Shown here piece after piece: positions 33,038 through 39,771 of a DNA stretch of 39,771 bases. The stretch spans positions 1-39,771 of the forward strand of contig DATDIY010000036.1 in NCBI GenBank assembly GCA_036520815.1, written 5' to 3'. The stretch is from Acidimicrobiales bacterium. GTDB lineage: Bacteria; Actinomycetota; Acidimicrobiia; Acidimicrobiales; Acidimicrobilacustridaceae. The position numbers were made by a program, and so were the translations under genes. Each line of letters begins with the position of its first letter. Position 1 is the stretch's first letter. The notes under the pieces are model-generated. The model was given only the letters and a program-made list of their open reading frames with translations, was not told the origin of the DNA and made no database searches.

Positions 33038-34231
33038 TCACGCCCCGAGCTTGAGGACGTCGGCCAGGTTGCCGCCCATGATGCGGGCGATGTCGTCGTG
33101 GGGCAGGCCCTCGAGCTGTTGGGCGTAGGAAACCGGGTCGGCCAGGCCCTCGGGGTGCGGGTAGTCCGAGCCGAACAACACGCGGTCGGTGCCGACGATC
33201 TCCGCCAGCCCGATCGGGTCCTCCTCATGGAACGGATGCACCCACACGTTGCGCTTGAACGCCGCGACCGGATCCTCCTCGTAGAGGTGGGGCTGCTGGG
33301 CATAGGCCCTCCCCATGGCGTGGAGCAGCGGTCGCACCCAGTCGGTGCCGTTCTCGACCGGCATCACGCGGAGGGTAGGGAACCGGGTGAACAGGCCTTC
33401 GGTCACGGCCGACGCCATGGCGTCGAAGATGCCCCGCCGCTCGTGGCGCAGGAGCTCCTCGAAGGCGCTGAAGCCCCCGAAGGGGAGGAACTCGCCGCGC
33501 TGGCCCCGCCACCGGTTGATGTACGAGGTCATGCCGTCGTCGGACGAGTGCATCCCGACGGCGATGTCGGCCTCGACGACCTTCTCCCAGAACGGATCGA
33601 ACTCGGGAAGGGCGAACGACCGGGTTCCCATGAAGCCGGGCACCGGAGCCGGGCGGATGAGGATCGCCTTGGCCCCGCGCTCGACCACCCACTCGAGCTC
33701 GTCGATCGCCTTCTCGACGATCGGCAGGGTGATCACGGGCACTGCGTAGATGCGATCCACGTAGTTGAACGACCAGGTCTCGTGCATCCACTGGTTGAGC
33801 GCGTGGATCACCACGTGGGTCGCCTCGGGATCATCGCCGATCCGCTCCTCGAGCAGGCTCGCCAGCGTCGGCCACATGAGGGTGCGGTCGATGCCGAGCT
33901 CGTCGAGCAGCTTGATGCGCGGCTCGGGCTCGAAGAACGCCTCGGGCGAGCGCATGGGCTCGCCCATGATCTCTCGGCGCGTCTTGCCCTCGGGGTTGCC
34001 CTTGGCGAAGTAGTCCTCCTGGGCCCCCGGGCGGGCGACGACCTCGAAGGTGGGGTTCGGGATGTAGTCGGAGATGACGTTGCGCAGCGCGATCTTGGTG
34101 CGCCCGTTCACCTGGACGTACTTCACCAGACCCTTCCACTGGTCCGGCAGGTACCGGGTGAAGGCGGCCTCCGGCTCGTACAAGTGGTTGTCGGCATCGT
34201 TGACCGGAAAGTCCAGCGTCACGTTGGCCAT
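33038..34231 (-). CDS. amidohydrolase-2 family protein
   Basis: DFPVNDADNHLYEPEAAF... and ...VLFGSDYPHPEG. I prefer ATG 34231 (MANVTL) over the track start at 34258. The extra 9 codons (ATG AAA ATA TCT...) lie in an AT-rich promoter-like patch and contain the likely GGGGG Shine-Dalgarno sequence. Confidence 0.78.
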   Translation of the reverse strand: MANVTLDFPVNDADNHLYEPEAAFTRYLPDQWKGLVKYVQVNGRTKIALRNVISDYIPNPTFEVVARPGAQEDYFAKGNPEGKTRREIMGEPMRSPEAFFEPEPRIKLLDELGIDRTLMWPTLASLLEERIGDDPEATHVVIHALNQWMHETWSFNYVDRIYAVPVITLPIVEKAIDELEWVVERGAKAILIRPAPVPGFMGTRSFALPEFDPFWEKVVEADIAVGMHSSDDGMTSYINRWRGQRGEFLPFGGFSAFEELLRHERRGIFDAMASAVTEGLFTRFPTLRVMPVENGTDWVRPLLHAMGRAYAQQPHLYEEDPVAAFKRNVWVHPFHEEDPIGLAEIVGTDRVLFGSDYPHPEGLADPVSYAQQLEGLPHDDIARIMGGNLADVLKLGA

Positions 34232-34245
34232 GCCATTACCCCCAG

Positions 34246-34277
34246 GAGATATTTTCATAGCGGTACTAATTCACATG
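34246..34277. promoter_or_regulatory. AT-rich (about one-third GC) island in the divergent intergenic region; candidate promoter of the minus-strand operon
   Basis: gagatattttcatagcggtactaattcacatg contains 11 G/C of 32 nt inside an otherwise very GC-rich window. It lies 15-46 nt upstream of ATG 34231. Confidence 0.35.
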
Positions 34278-34326
34278 CCACCACGGCCGGCCCGCCGACA
34301 GCAAGACGGCGGCGTTGGTCTCGAAG

Positions 34327-34341
34327 GTACGCCCCGCCTAG
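34327..34341. promoter_or_regulatory. operator candidate, site 3 (one core mismatch): GTACGC-CCC-GCCTAG
   Basis: It matches TACGC-N3-GCGTA at 9 of 10 core positions and shares the 3' flank G. It lies 20-34 nt upstream of ATG 34361 of the divergent acyl-CoA synthetase. Confidence 0.4.
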
Positions 34342-34378
34342 GTTCGTCGCTGTCTGCACCATGGAGACGAGGGGAACA

Positions 34379-36001
34379 GTGAGCGAGACCGAGCCGCACC
34401 ACGCGACGATCCTGGAGGGGATCGCCGACCGCATGCAGCAGCGGCCGGCGCTACGCCACGGTGACCGGGTCGTCTCGTGGACCGAGTTCGACGACCGGGC
34501 CGCCCGGCTGGCCAGCGCGCTCCTGGCCCACGGCGTCGGGCGGGAGGACTCCGTCGGGCTCTACCTCTACAACGGCCCGGAGTACCTGGAGGCGTTCCTC
34601 GCGGCGCTCAAGATCCGGGCCCGGATGTTCAACGCGAACTACCGATACCGAGGCGGCGAGCTGCACCAGCTGCTCGACAACGCCCAGGCCCGGGCTCTCG
34701 TCTACTCCGCCGCCCTGCGCGACAGGGTGGCCTCCGCCATCGATCACCTTCCCGACCTGCGCCTACTCGTCGAGGTCGGCGACGACGAGACCAGCCCACC
34801 CATCCCCGGGGCGCTCCGCCTCGACGACCTCCTGGCCGAGTTCGAGCCGGCCCCTCGAATCCACCGCCCCGGCACCGACACCTACCTCAACTACACGGGG
34901 GGCACGACCGGCGTGCCCAAGGGCGTCCTCATCGAGGTCCAGCGCCACCTGGGCACCGTCGCCTGGCTCCGCGACCAGTACGTCGGCCGGCCGCTCGAAG
35001 GCGACATGGTCGACGTCGCCCTCGAGCTCGCGGAGCAGGGCGAGTCGCTCGATGTGATCCCGGCGTCGCCGTTGATGCACGGCGTCGGTTTCACCTTCTC
35101 CTCGATGCCCGGTCTGATGACAGGCGGTGTCGTGACCACCCTGGTCGGTCGATCGTTCGACCCCGAGGAGCTGCTGACCACGATCGCGGCCACCCGTCCC
35201 CGCGTCGTGGCCATCGTCGGCGACGCCTTCGGTCTCCCGATCGTGCGGGTCCTCGACGACGCCAGCGCCGCCGGGATCAGCTACGACACCAGCTCCGTGC
35301 AGGTCCTCTGCTCCGCCGGCGTGGCCTGGAGCGCCCCGATCAAGCAGCGCCTGCTCGACCACATGCCGCACGTGGCCCTCGTCGACGCCTGCGGGTGCAC
35401 CGAGGGCGTGTCCTATGGCACTCGTACGGTGCGGCGGGGCGACCCACTGACCACGGCGAACTTCGACGCCGCGCCAGGCATCAAGGTTCTCTCGCCCGAG
35501 GGCGCCGAGCTGCCGCCGGGCGAGATCGGCCTGCTCGCCGGGCCCACCCAGGGCAACGGCTTCTTCCGCGACCAGGAGAGCACCGCGGCCACCTACCTCC
35601 GGCTCGACGGTGCCCAGTACGCCGTCCCGGGCGACCTGGGCCGCATCGAGCCGGATGGCACCGTGACCCTGATCGGGCGAGGGATGGCAACGATCAACAC
35701 GGGCGGGGAGAAGGTGTACCCGACCGAGGTGGAGGACGCCCTCAGGGCCCTCCCGGAGGTCGACGACTGCCTGGTGCTCGGCGTGCCCGACGAGCGCCTC
35801 GGGCAGCGAGTCGCCGCCCTCATCGTGGCGTCCCCCGACGCGGTCGTCGACTTCGGCGACCTCGTTCGCCGGCTCCGTGAGGAGCTGGCCGGCTACAAGG
35901 TGCCCAGCCGGATCCGACTCGTCGACGAGGTGCCCCGGGCCGCCAACGGCAAGACCGACTATCCCACCGCCTCGGCCCTCGCCGAGGCGACATCTGGCTA
36001 G
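34379..36001 (+). CDS. AMP-dependent acyl-CoA synthetase/ligase
   Basis: LNYTGGTTGVPKGV AMP motif, and ...VPGDLGRIEPDGTVTLIGRGMATINTGGEKVYPTEVEDAL. GTG 34379 is preceded by GAGGGGAA, and ATG 34361 is an in-frame alternative. Everything upstream in the 1035-aa track ORF is antisense to the amidohydrolase gene. Confidence 0.85.
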   Translation: MSETEPHHATILEGIADRMQQRPALRHGDRVVSWTEFDDRAARLASALLAHGVGREDSVGLYLYNGPEYLEAFLAALKIRARMFNANYRYRGGELHQLLDNAQARALVYSAALRDRVASAIDHLPDLRLLVEVGDDETSPPIPGALRLDDLLAEFEPAPRIHRPGTDTYLNYTGGTTGVPKGVLIEVQRHLGTVAWLRDQYVGRPLEGDMVDVALELAEQGESLDVIPASPLMHGVGFTFSSMPGLMTGGVVTTLVGRSFDPEELLTTIAATRPRVVAIVGDAFGLPIVRVLDDASAAGISYDTSSVQVLCSAGVAWSAPIKQRLLDHMPHVALVDACGCTEGVSYGTRTVRRGDPLTTANFDAAPGIKVLSPEGAELPPGEIGLLAGPTQGNGFFRDQESTAATYLRLDGAQYAVPGDLGRIEPDGTVTLIGRGMATINTGGEKVYPTEVEDALRALPEVDDCLVLGVPDERLGQRVAALIVASPDAVVDFGDLVRRLREELAGYKVPSRIRLVDEVPRAANGKTDYPTASALAEATSG

Positions 36002-37098
36002 AAGCGCTCGATCTCGACGGTGCGGTTCTCCGCCGACGAGGTCTCGATCGCGGCGAAGATCATCTGGAGGGTCACACCGTCAGTGAAGCTCGAGAGGACC
36101 TCCTCGCCCTCGGGCTCCTCGCCGAGGATGCGGGCCCGCATGGCCCGGTACATGCGGGAGCTCGTGAGCACCTCGTTGCCGGTCTGGTGCCAGGCCTCGT
36201 AGGGAGTGGTGACCAGCTCGGGCGGCGCGGGAACAGGTGGCGGGTTGACGAGGTCGGGCGGCACCGGCACCCGGCGGGCTCCTGAGCCGTCGTCGACGAA
36301 CACACCACGAGTCATCGGGTCGATCCACGCCGTGCCACCGGTGCCGACGACCTTGGTGATGAGCGCTCCGGGCCCGAGCACGGCGGAGGAGCTCTCGATC
36401 AGTCCGCGCACGCCCGAGGCGAGGGTGAAGACGCAGGTGAACGAGTCGTCGGCCTCGCCCGGTCGCAGGCTCAGACGCTGCACCGAGGCGGACACAGAGG
36501 CGAACTCGCCGACGACGGTCCGTACGAGGTCGATCTGGTGCGAGCCGGCGCCACGCAGCCAGCCGCCGCCTTGCGCCGGGTCGTCGAACCACGCCGGTGC
36601 CCCGGGGTCTCCGGCGGCGAGAGTGCCGAGCTGCATCATGGCGATGGCGAACTTCGGCGCACCGATCTCCCCTCCGCGGACCACCCGCCGGAAGAGGGCC
36701 TGGGCGCTGTCGAAGCCGAACTCGGTGTGGAGGGCGTGGACCACGCCGGCCCGCTCGGCGGCCCCGTGCATCCGGCGGGCCTCGTCCAGGTCGAGCCCGA
36801 AGGGCTTCTCGCACACCACGTGCTTGCCGGCGGCGACCGCCTGCAGGACGAGCTCGGCGTGAGCGGCGGGTGGAGTGGCCACCACCACGACGTCGACGCC
36901 GGGGAGGGCCAGCGCCTCCTCGAGCGAGCCGAACCCGTGCGGTACGGCGAGGAACGCCGCTCGCTCCTCGGCCTTGGTCCGGTCGCGCCCGACCAGCGCC
37001 TCGACGCGGAAGCCGGCTCCTCGTAGCGCGGGCACGTGCAGCAGCACACCGACACTCGTCCCCACCACCACCGCGCCGAGCTCCGCTCCGTCTCCCAT
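35998..37098 (-). CDS. Gfo/Idh/MocA-family NAD(P)-dependent oxidoreductase
   Basis: The ATG at 37098 is preceded by GGGGGTGAGG. GAVVVGTSVGVLLHVPAL Rossmann segment and VVVATPPAAHAELVLQAVAAGKHVVCEKPF (EKP motif). 366 aa. Its stop overlaps the convergent synthetase stop within CTAG (35998-36001). Confidence 0.82.
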   Translation of the reverse strand: MGDGAELGAVVVGTSVGVLLHVPALRGAGFRVEALVGRDRTKAEERAAFLAVPHGFGSLEEALALPGVDVVVVATPPAAHAELVLQAVAAGKHVVCEKPFGLDLDEARRMHGAAERAGVVHALHTEFGFDSAQALFRRVVRGGEIGAPKFAIAMMQLGTLAAGDPGAPAWFDDPAQGGGWLRGAGSHQIDLVRTVVGEFASVSASVQRLSLRPGEADDSFTCVFTLASGVRGLIESSSAVLGPGALITKVVGTGGTAWIDPMTRGVFVDDGSGARRVPVPPDLVNPPPVPAPPELVTTPYEAWHQTGNEVLTSSRMYRAMRARILGEEPEGEEVLSSFTDGVTLQMIFAAIETSSAENRTVEIERF

Positions 37099-37228
37099 GT
37101 CCTCACCCCCGGGTCGAGTCGGCGAGGACCCTATCCGGGGCCCGATCTGCCACCGGCCGCCGGCCGGGACCGCCCGTCGCAGCGAGCGGCTGATCGCAGC
37201 CACCACCCTGTGCGACTCTGGGGTCGAG

Positions 37229-37591
37229 ATGTGGATCCACACGACGTTCCAGTTCGAGGCGGCCCACCGCCTGCCCAACGTGGCTCCCGACCACAAGTGC
37301 GCCCGCCTCCACGGCCACTCGTTCCAGGCGACGGTCTGGGTACGGGGCGAGATCGGGGCCGAGAGCGGCTGGGTCATGGACTTCGCCGACGTGAAGGCGG
37401 CGTTCGCCCCGCTGCACGACCAGCTCGACCACCGTTACCTCAACGAGGTCGACGGCTTGGAGAACCCCACCAGCGAAGTGTTGGCCCTGTGGATCTGGGA
37501 ACGCCTCGCCCCCACCCTCCCGGGCCTGGCTCGCGTCGCCGTCGACGAGACCTGCACCTCGGGGTGCCGCTACGACGGCCCCGCCGACTGA
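37229..37591 (+). CDS. queD: 6-carboxy-5,6,7,8-tetrahydropterin synthase (PTPS/QueD family)
   Basis: 120 aa: FQFEAAHRLPNVAPDHKCARLHGHSFQATVWV...GWVMDFADVK...LDHRYLNEV, containing the Cys/His-x-His zinc and catalytic motifs of QueD. Confidence 0.85.
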   Translation: MWIHTTFQFEAAHRLPNVAPDHKCARLHGHSFQATVWVRGEIGAESGWVMDFADVKAAFAPLHDQLDHRYLNEVDGLENPTSEVLALWIWERLAPTLPGLARVAVDETCTSGCRYDGPAD

Positions 37592-37631
37592 CTCCTCCCT
37601 GTTCTGGTACGGAGCGAGGGCGCGGCCAGGC

Positions 37632-38375
37632 TCAGGTGCTGTCGGCCTGGCCGGTGCGGGCCGCCTCCAGCAGGGCGTCCCACTGGCTGCGGTCGAGCTC
37701 ACCGCTGGTGCGCTCCACCACCTTCCCGTCGGCGTCGACCACCACGAAGAAGGGGTAGGCCGAGGTGCCGACCGCCAGGGCAGCTGTCTGCTCCTGGTCG
37801 TCGAGCATGGTCGGGACGCTCCAGCCCTCCTCGCGCAACCAGTCACCGGCCGGGAAGTTGACCGCCGTCGGGTCGTTGGCGGTGGCGACCGTCGTGAGCG
37901 TCACGTCGTCGGGCATGCCGTCCTCGTCGAGCCAGCTCTGGATGCGGGGCACCTCGGCCTGGCAGTGCGGACACCAGTGGGCGACGACCATGATCACCTG
38001 GCCCTTGCCCCCGCCCGGGGCGATGGTGACCGCACTCCCGTCGAAGGCCTCACCCTTGATGGTCGGGATCGTCTCCCCCACGCCCTCGTCGCTGCCCGTC
38101 CCCCTCGGCGCCGGCGGCAGGTCGGAGCCCTCCACGGTCACCGTGCCGTACTCGAGGTCGCCGTTGGGCACCACCGTGCCGCCGCTGGACGACGCGGCAC
38201 CCCCGTCGTCGGAGCCGCTGCTGGAGGAACGACCGACCGCGATGGCGACGACGCCCACCACGACGATGAGGGCCGCCAGGCCGATCCAGATCCACAGCGT
38301 CGAGCTGCGGCCGCCCTTGGAGGCCGTTCTCACGCGCTGGGCGCTCGAGGTCTGACGGGACGGACGGTTGCTCAC
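37632..38375 (-). CDS. membrane-anchored thioredoxin-fold thiol:disulfide oxidoreductase with a CPHC active site
   Basis: The GTG at 38375 overlaps the dsbB-like stop (GTGA), with CAGGAG upstream. An N-terminal TM anchor (LWIWIGLAALIVVVGVVAIAV) and Ser/Gly linker precede a redoxin domain with VVAHWCPHCQAEVP. Confidence 0.8.
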   Translation of the reverse strand: MSNRPSRQTSSAQRVRTASKGGRSSTLWIWIGLAALIVVVGVVAIAVGRSSSSGSDDGGAASSSGGTVVPNGDLEYGTVTVEGSDLPPAPRGTGSDEGVGETIPTIKGEAFDGSAVTIAPGGGKGQVIMVVAHWCPHCQAEVPRIQSWLDEDGMPDDVTLTTVATANDPTAVNFPAGDWLREEGWSVPTMLDDQEQTAALAVGTSAYPFFVVVDADGKVVERTSGELDRSQWDALLEAARTGQADST

Positions 38376-38977
38376 GAGGACTCCTGGAGGGCCGAGGGCC
38401 GAGGGGTGGGACGGGCGACGAGCAGCAGCGCGGTCATGATGACGAAGGCCGACAGCGCCATGAACGGTAGGGAGACGAACTCGAACTCCCACACGTAGCG
38501 GGTGGTGCAGGGGACGTCGGCAGTGCAGAACGAGGTGCCGTTCGAGGGCGGATAGGCCTGTATCCACGCGTGGTAGGCGGAGATCACCATGCCCACGGCG
38601 AAGACGGGGATGGCATACACGCGGATGGCCGAATCGCGCCGCCAGGCGGCGATGCCGAGAATCACAGCGAACGGATAGACGCAGACCCGCTGGTACCAGC
38701 ACAGCTCGCAGGGCACGAACGGCTGCACCTTCGAGTAGTACAGCGAGCCGAGGGTGGTGACCACCGCGACGAGCCATGCCAGCGGGAGCGCCATGCGTCC
38801 CACGTCGTCGCGCAGGGTCTCGAGGCGACCCGGGCGTCCCCGCTGCGCGCGCCGCACCAGCCAGCCGACCAGCAGCGCCGCCGAGGCCGCCCAGCAGAGC
38901 AGCGCCAGGATGGCGAAGAACGGCGACATCGTCTCGATCGGCAGCAGCCGCCTGAGGAAGGGTTCGTCCGAGGCCAT
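38372..38977 (-). CDS. disulfide bond formation protein B (DsbB/BdbC family)
   Basis: The first-loop motif PCELCWYQRVCVYP (CxxC-WYQR) and a second Cys pair FCTADVPC sit between hydrophobic spans. An extra N-terminal hydrophobic span gives about 5 TM in total. 201 aa. Confidence 0.8.
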   Translation of the reverse strand: MASDEPFLRRLLPIETMSPFFAILALLCWAASAALLVGWLVRRAQRGRPGRLETLRDDVGRMALPLAWLVAVVTTLGSLYYSKVQPFVPCELCWYQRVCVYPFAVILGIAAWRRDSAIRVYAIPVFAVGMVISAYHAWIQAYPPSNGTSFCTADVPCTTRYVWEFEFVSLPFMALSAFVIMTALLLVARPTPRPSALQESS

Positions 38978-39002
38978 CGGGCGGTCATCCTCGCACGGCG
39001 AG

Positions 39003-39025
39003 GGCGCGCGGCCCCGGCGCGCGCC
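39003..39025 (-). terminator. candidate GC-rich terminator hairpin downstream of the PPOX-family gene
   Basis: GGCGCGCG (39003-39010) pairs with CGCGCGCC (39018-39025) around a 7-nt loop. It lies 7 nt after the stop at 39032. No U-tract. Confidence 0.3.
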
Positions 39026-39031
39026 GAGGGT

Positions 39032-39466
39032 TCACCCGCCCGTCAGGTCCTCCTGGGGAACAAGTCGGCGGCCGCTGATGCGCTCGGGGTGCACCACGAT
39101 CCAGTCATCGCTGTCGTCATCGGCCCAGGCCGGCAGGCCGAGGGTCGCGAAGTGGTCGGCTTGAGCGGGCGTGGTCGCCACCCGCGCCCAGCCGGTGACG
39201 ATGACGCTCCACCCGGTCCCGGCGGCCAGATCGGCGTCGTCGATCTCGAACGACACCGGGCCACCCCGCAGGGCCCGATCCAGCTTGCTGCCCTTGGCGA
39301 TGCGGAAGACGATCAGCTCGTCGGTCACGGCGTAGGTGATCGGCGAGAGCACCGGGTGGCCCTCGATCACGACCGCTACCCGTCCGAGCTTGTTGGCCCG
39401 AAGCCGTTTCAGGCACTCCGGGCGATCCATCGCCTCGATCCCGATCCGACCGTCCAACCCTCGCAT
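39032..39466 (-). CDS. pyridoxamine 5'-phosphate oxidase-family (flavin/deazaflavin split-barrel) protein
   Basis: MDRPECLKRLRANKLGRVAVVIEGHPVLSPITYAVTDELIVFRIAKGSKL...SFEIDD...GWSVIVTGWA is typical of the Pyridox_ox_2/NimA-like family. Start at ATG 39466 or ATG 39430. The upstream part of the track ORF is unsupported. Confidence 0.6.
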   Translation of the reverse strand: MRGLDGRIGIEAMDRPECLKRLRANKLGRVAVVIEGHPVLSPITYAVTDELIVFRIAKGSKLDRALRGGPVSFEIDDADLAAGTGWSVIVTGWARVATTPAQADHFATLGLPAWADDDSDDWIVVHPERISGRRLVPQEDLTGG

Positions 39467-39580
39467 GTCGGTCCCTTCGCACGCCGCCGCGGCCCACCGC
39501 CGCGTGCTCACAGCGTGCACCTCATCGCCGCCGAGGGGAAGAGGACGGAGCGAGCCCCGACCCCGCCGTACGCTCTGGCC

Positions 39581-39771
39581 ATGACCGAGGCCAACATCGT
39601 CGGCGACGTCCTCGCGGCGATCGACTTCTCCGACCGAACCGATGACATCCTCGCCGAGGGGCTTGCCCTCGCTCGGGCGTCCGGCGGGGTGCTGCACCTC
39701 GTCCACGTCGCCGCCGGGGAGCCCGATCTGGCCGGCTACGACAAGGACGACATCAGCCCGTTCACCCGCCA
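39581..39771 (+). CDS. universal stress protein (UspA family), 5' partial, runs off the window
   Basis: My own translation from ATG 39581 is MTEANIVGDVLAAIDFSDRTDDILAEGLALARASGGVLHLVHVAAGEPDLAGYDKDDISPFTR..., which is Usp-like in its first strand, helix and HV segment. It is open to the window end, so it is absent from the ORF track. Confidence 0.45.
   Translation, partial: MTEANIVGDVLAAIDFSDRTDDILAEGLALARASGGVLHLVHVAAGEPDLAGYDKDDISPFTR

Noticed and set aside
34232-34258. Track start codon ATG 34258 (MKISPGGNG...) for the amidohydrolase gene.
   Set aside because: The nine extra codons use AT-rich codons (AAA ATA TCT) that are atypical for this genome. They lie in the AT-rich promoter-like island and contain the GGGGG that serves as the Shine-Dalgarno sequence for ATG 34231.
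35998-36001. Convergent genes whose TAG stops overlap within the palindrome CTAG.
   Set aside because: The overlap is real but trivial, a 4-nt convergent overlap. No functional implication can be supported from the sequence.
37099-37228. preQ1 riboswitch upstream of queD.
   Set aside because: There is no small hairpin followed by an A-rich tail, and no ...CCCUC..UAAAAAACUA-like element. The region is GC-rich and is shared with the divergent oxidoreductase promoter.
37624-37652. 8-bp inverted repeat GGCCAGGC...GCCTGGCC after queD, considered as a bidirectional terminator.
   Set aside because: The 13-nt loop is large, and half of the structure lies inside the 3' coding end of the convergent thioredoxin gene. 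There is no U-tract. It cannot be distinguished from chance GC-rich complementarity.
39467-39580. DosR/DevR box between the PPOX-family and USP genes (GGTCCC at about 39471).
   Set aside because: Only a partial half-site resembling AGTCCC is present. The palindromic partner expected 10 nt away is absent.

Overview
High-GC actinobacterial chromosomal segment (GC judged by eye, not computed). It carries mshA for mycothiol, a rex-hem operon, and many GTGA/ATGA-coupled gene junctions. I support about 41 protein-coding genes, one tRNA-Lys(UUU) preceded by a decayed tandem copy of itself, two in-frame coding tandem repeats, and a recurrent palindromic operator candidate. I see no CRISPR array, integrase, transposase or phage genes.

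Layout:
- 1-13.5 kb: housekeeping and accessory genes. These are copZ, a SpoU methyltransferase, a lysine-free beta-lactamase-fold lipoprotein, rex-sirC-hemA-hemC, proC, a DUF62 SAM-hydrolase-like gene plus a micro-ORF, ybjN-mshA, an RsiG-like c-di-GMP anti-sigma candidate, a MoaD-like gene coupled to a membrane protein, a histidine phosphatase and a YgjP peptidase.
- 13.5-18.6 kb: a 4-gene operon (GT2 glycosyltransferase, ChbG/HpnK deacetylase, SAM methyltransferase, ABC1 kinase), divergent from an RDD membrane protein with 12 nonapeptide repeats.
- 18.8-36 kb: a 17-kb acyl-CoA/lipid catabolic cluster. Thirteen co-directional minus-strand genes plus one divergent acyl-CoA synthetase include two alpha/beta-type acyl-CoA dehydrogenase pairs, two crotonases, a double hot-dog hydratase, a P450, three amidohydrolase-superfamily enzymes and a MarR.
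- 36-39.8 kb: a Gfo/Idh/MocA oxidoreductase, queD, a DsbB plus CPHC-thioredoxin pair, a PPOX-family protein and a partial USP.

Most noteworthy:
1. The palindrome TTACGC-N3-GCGTAG recurs in all three promoter gaps of the catabolic cluster, suggesting a MarR regulon.
2. The GT2/deacetylase/methyltransferase/ABC1 operon, with the divergent RDD repeat protein next to it.
3. The RsiG-like protein carries two E-x3-S-x2-R-x3-[QH]-x3-D motifs.
4. The MoaD-like protein has a GG-CR tail and is GTGA-coupled to a membrane protein.

All functional calls rest on motif recognition by eye. No database search was run.
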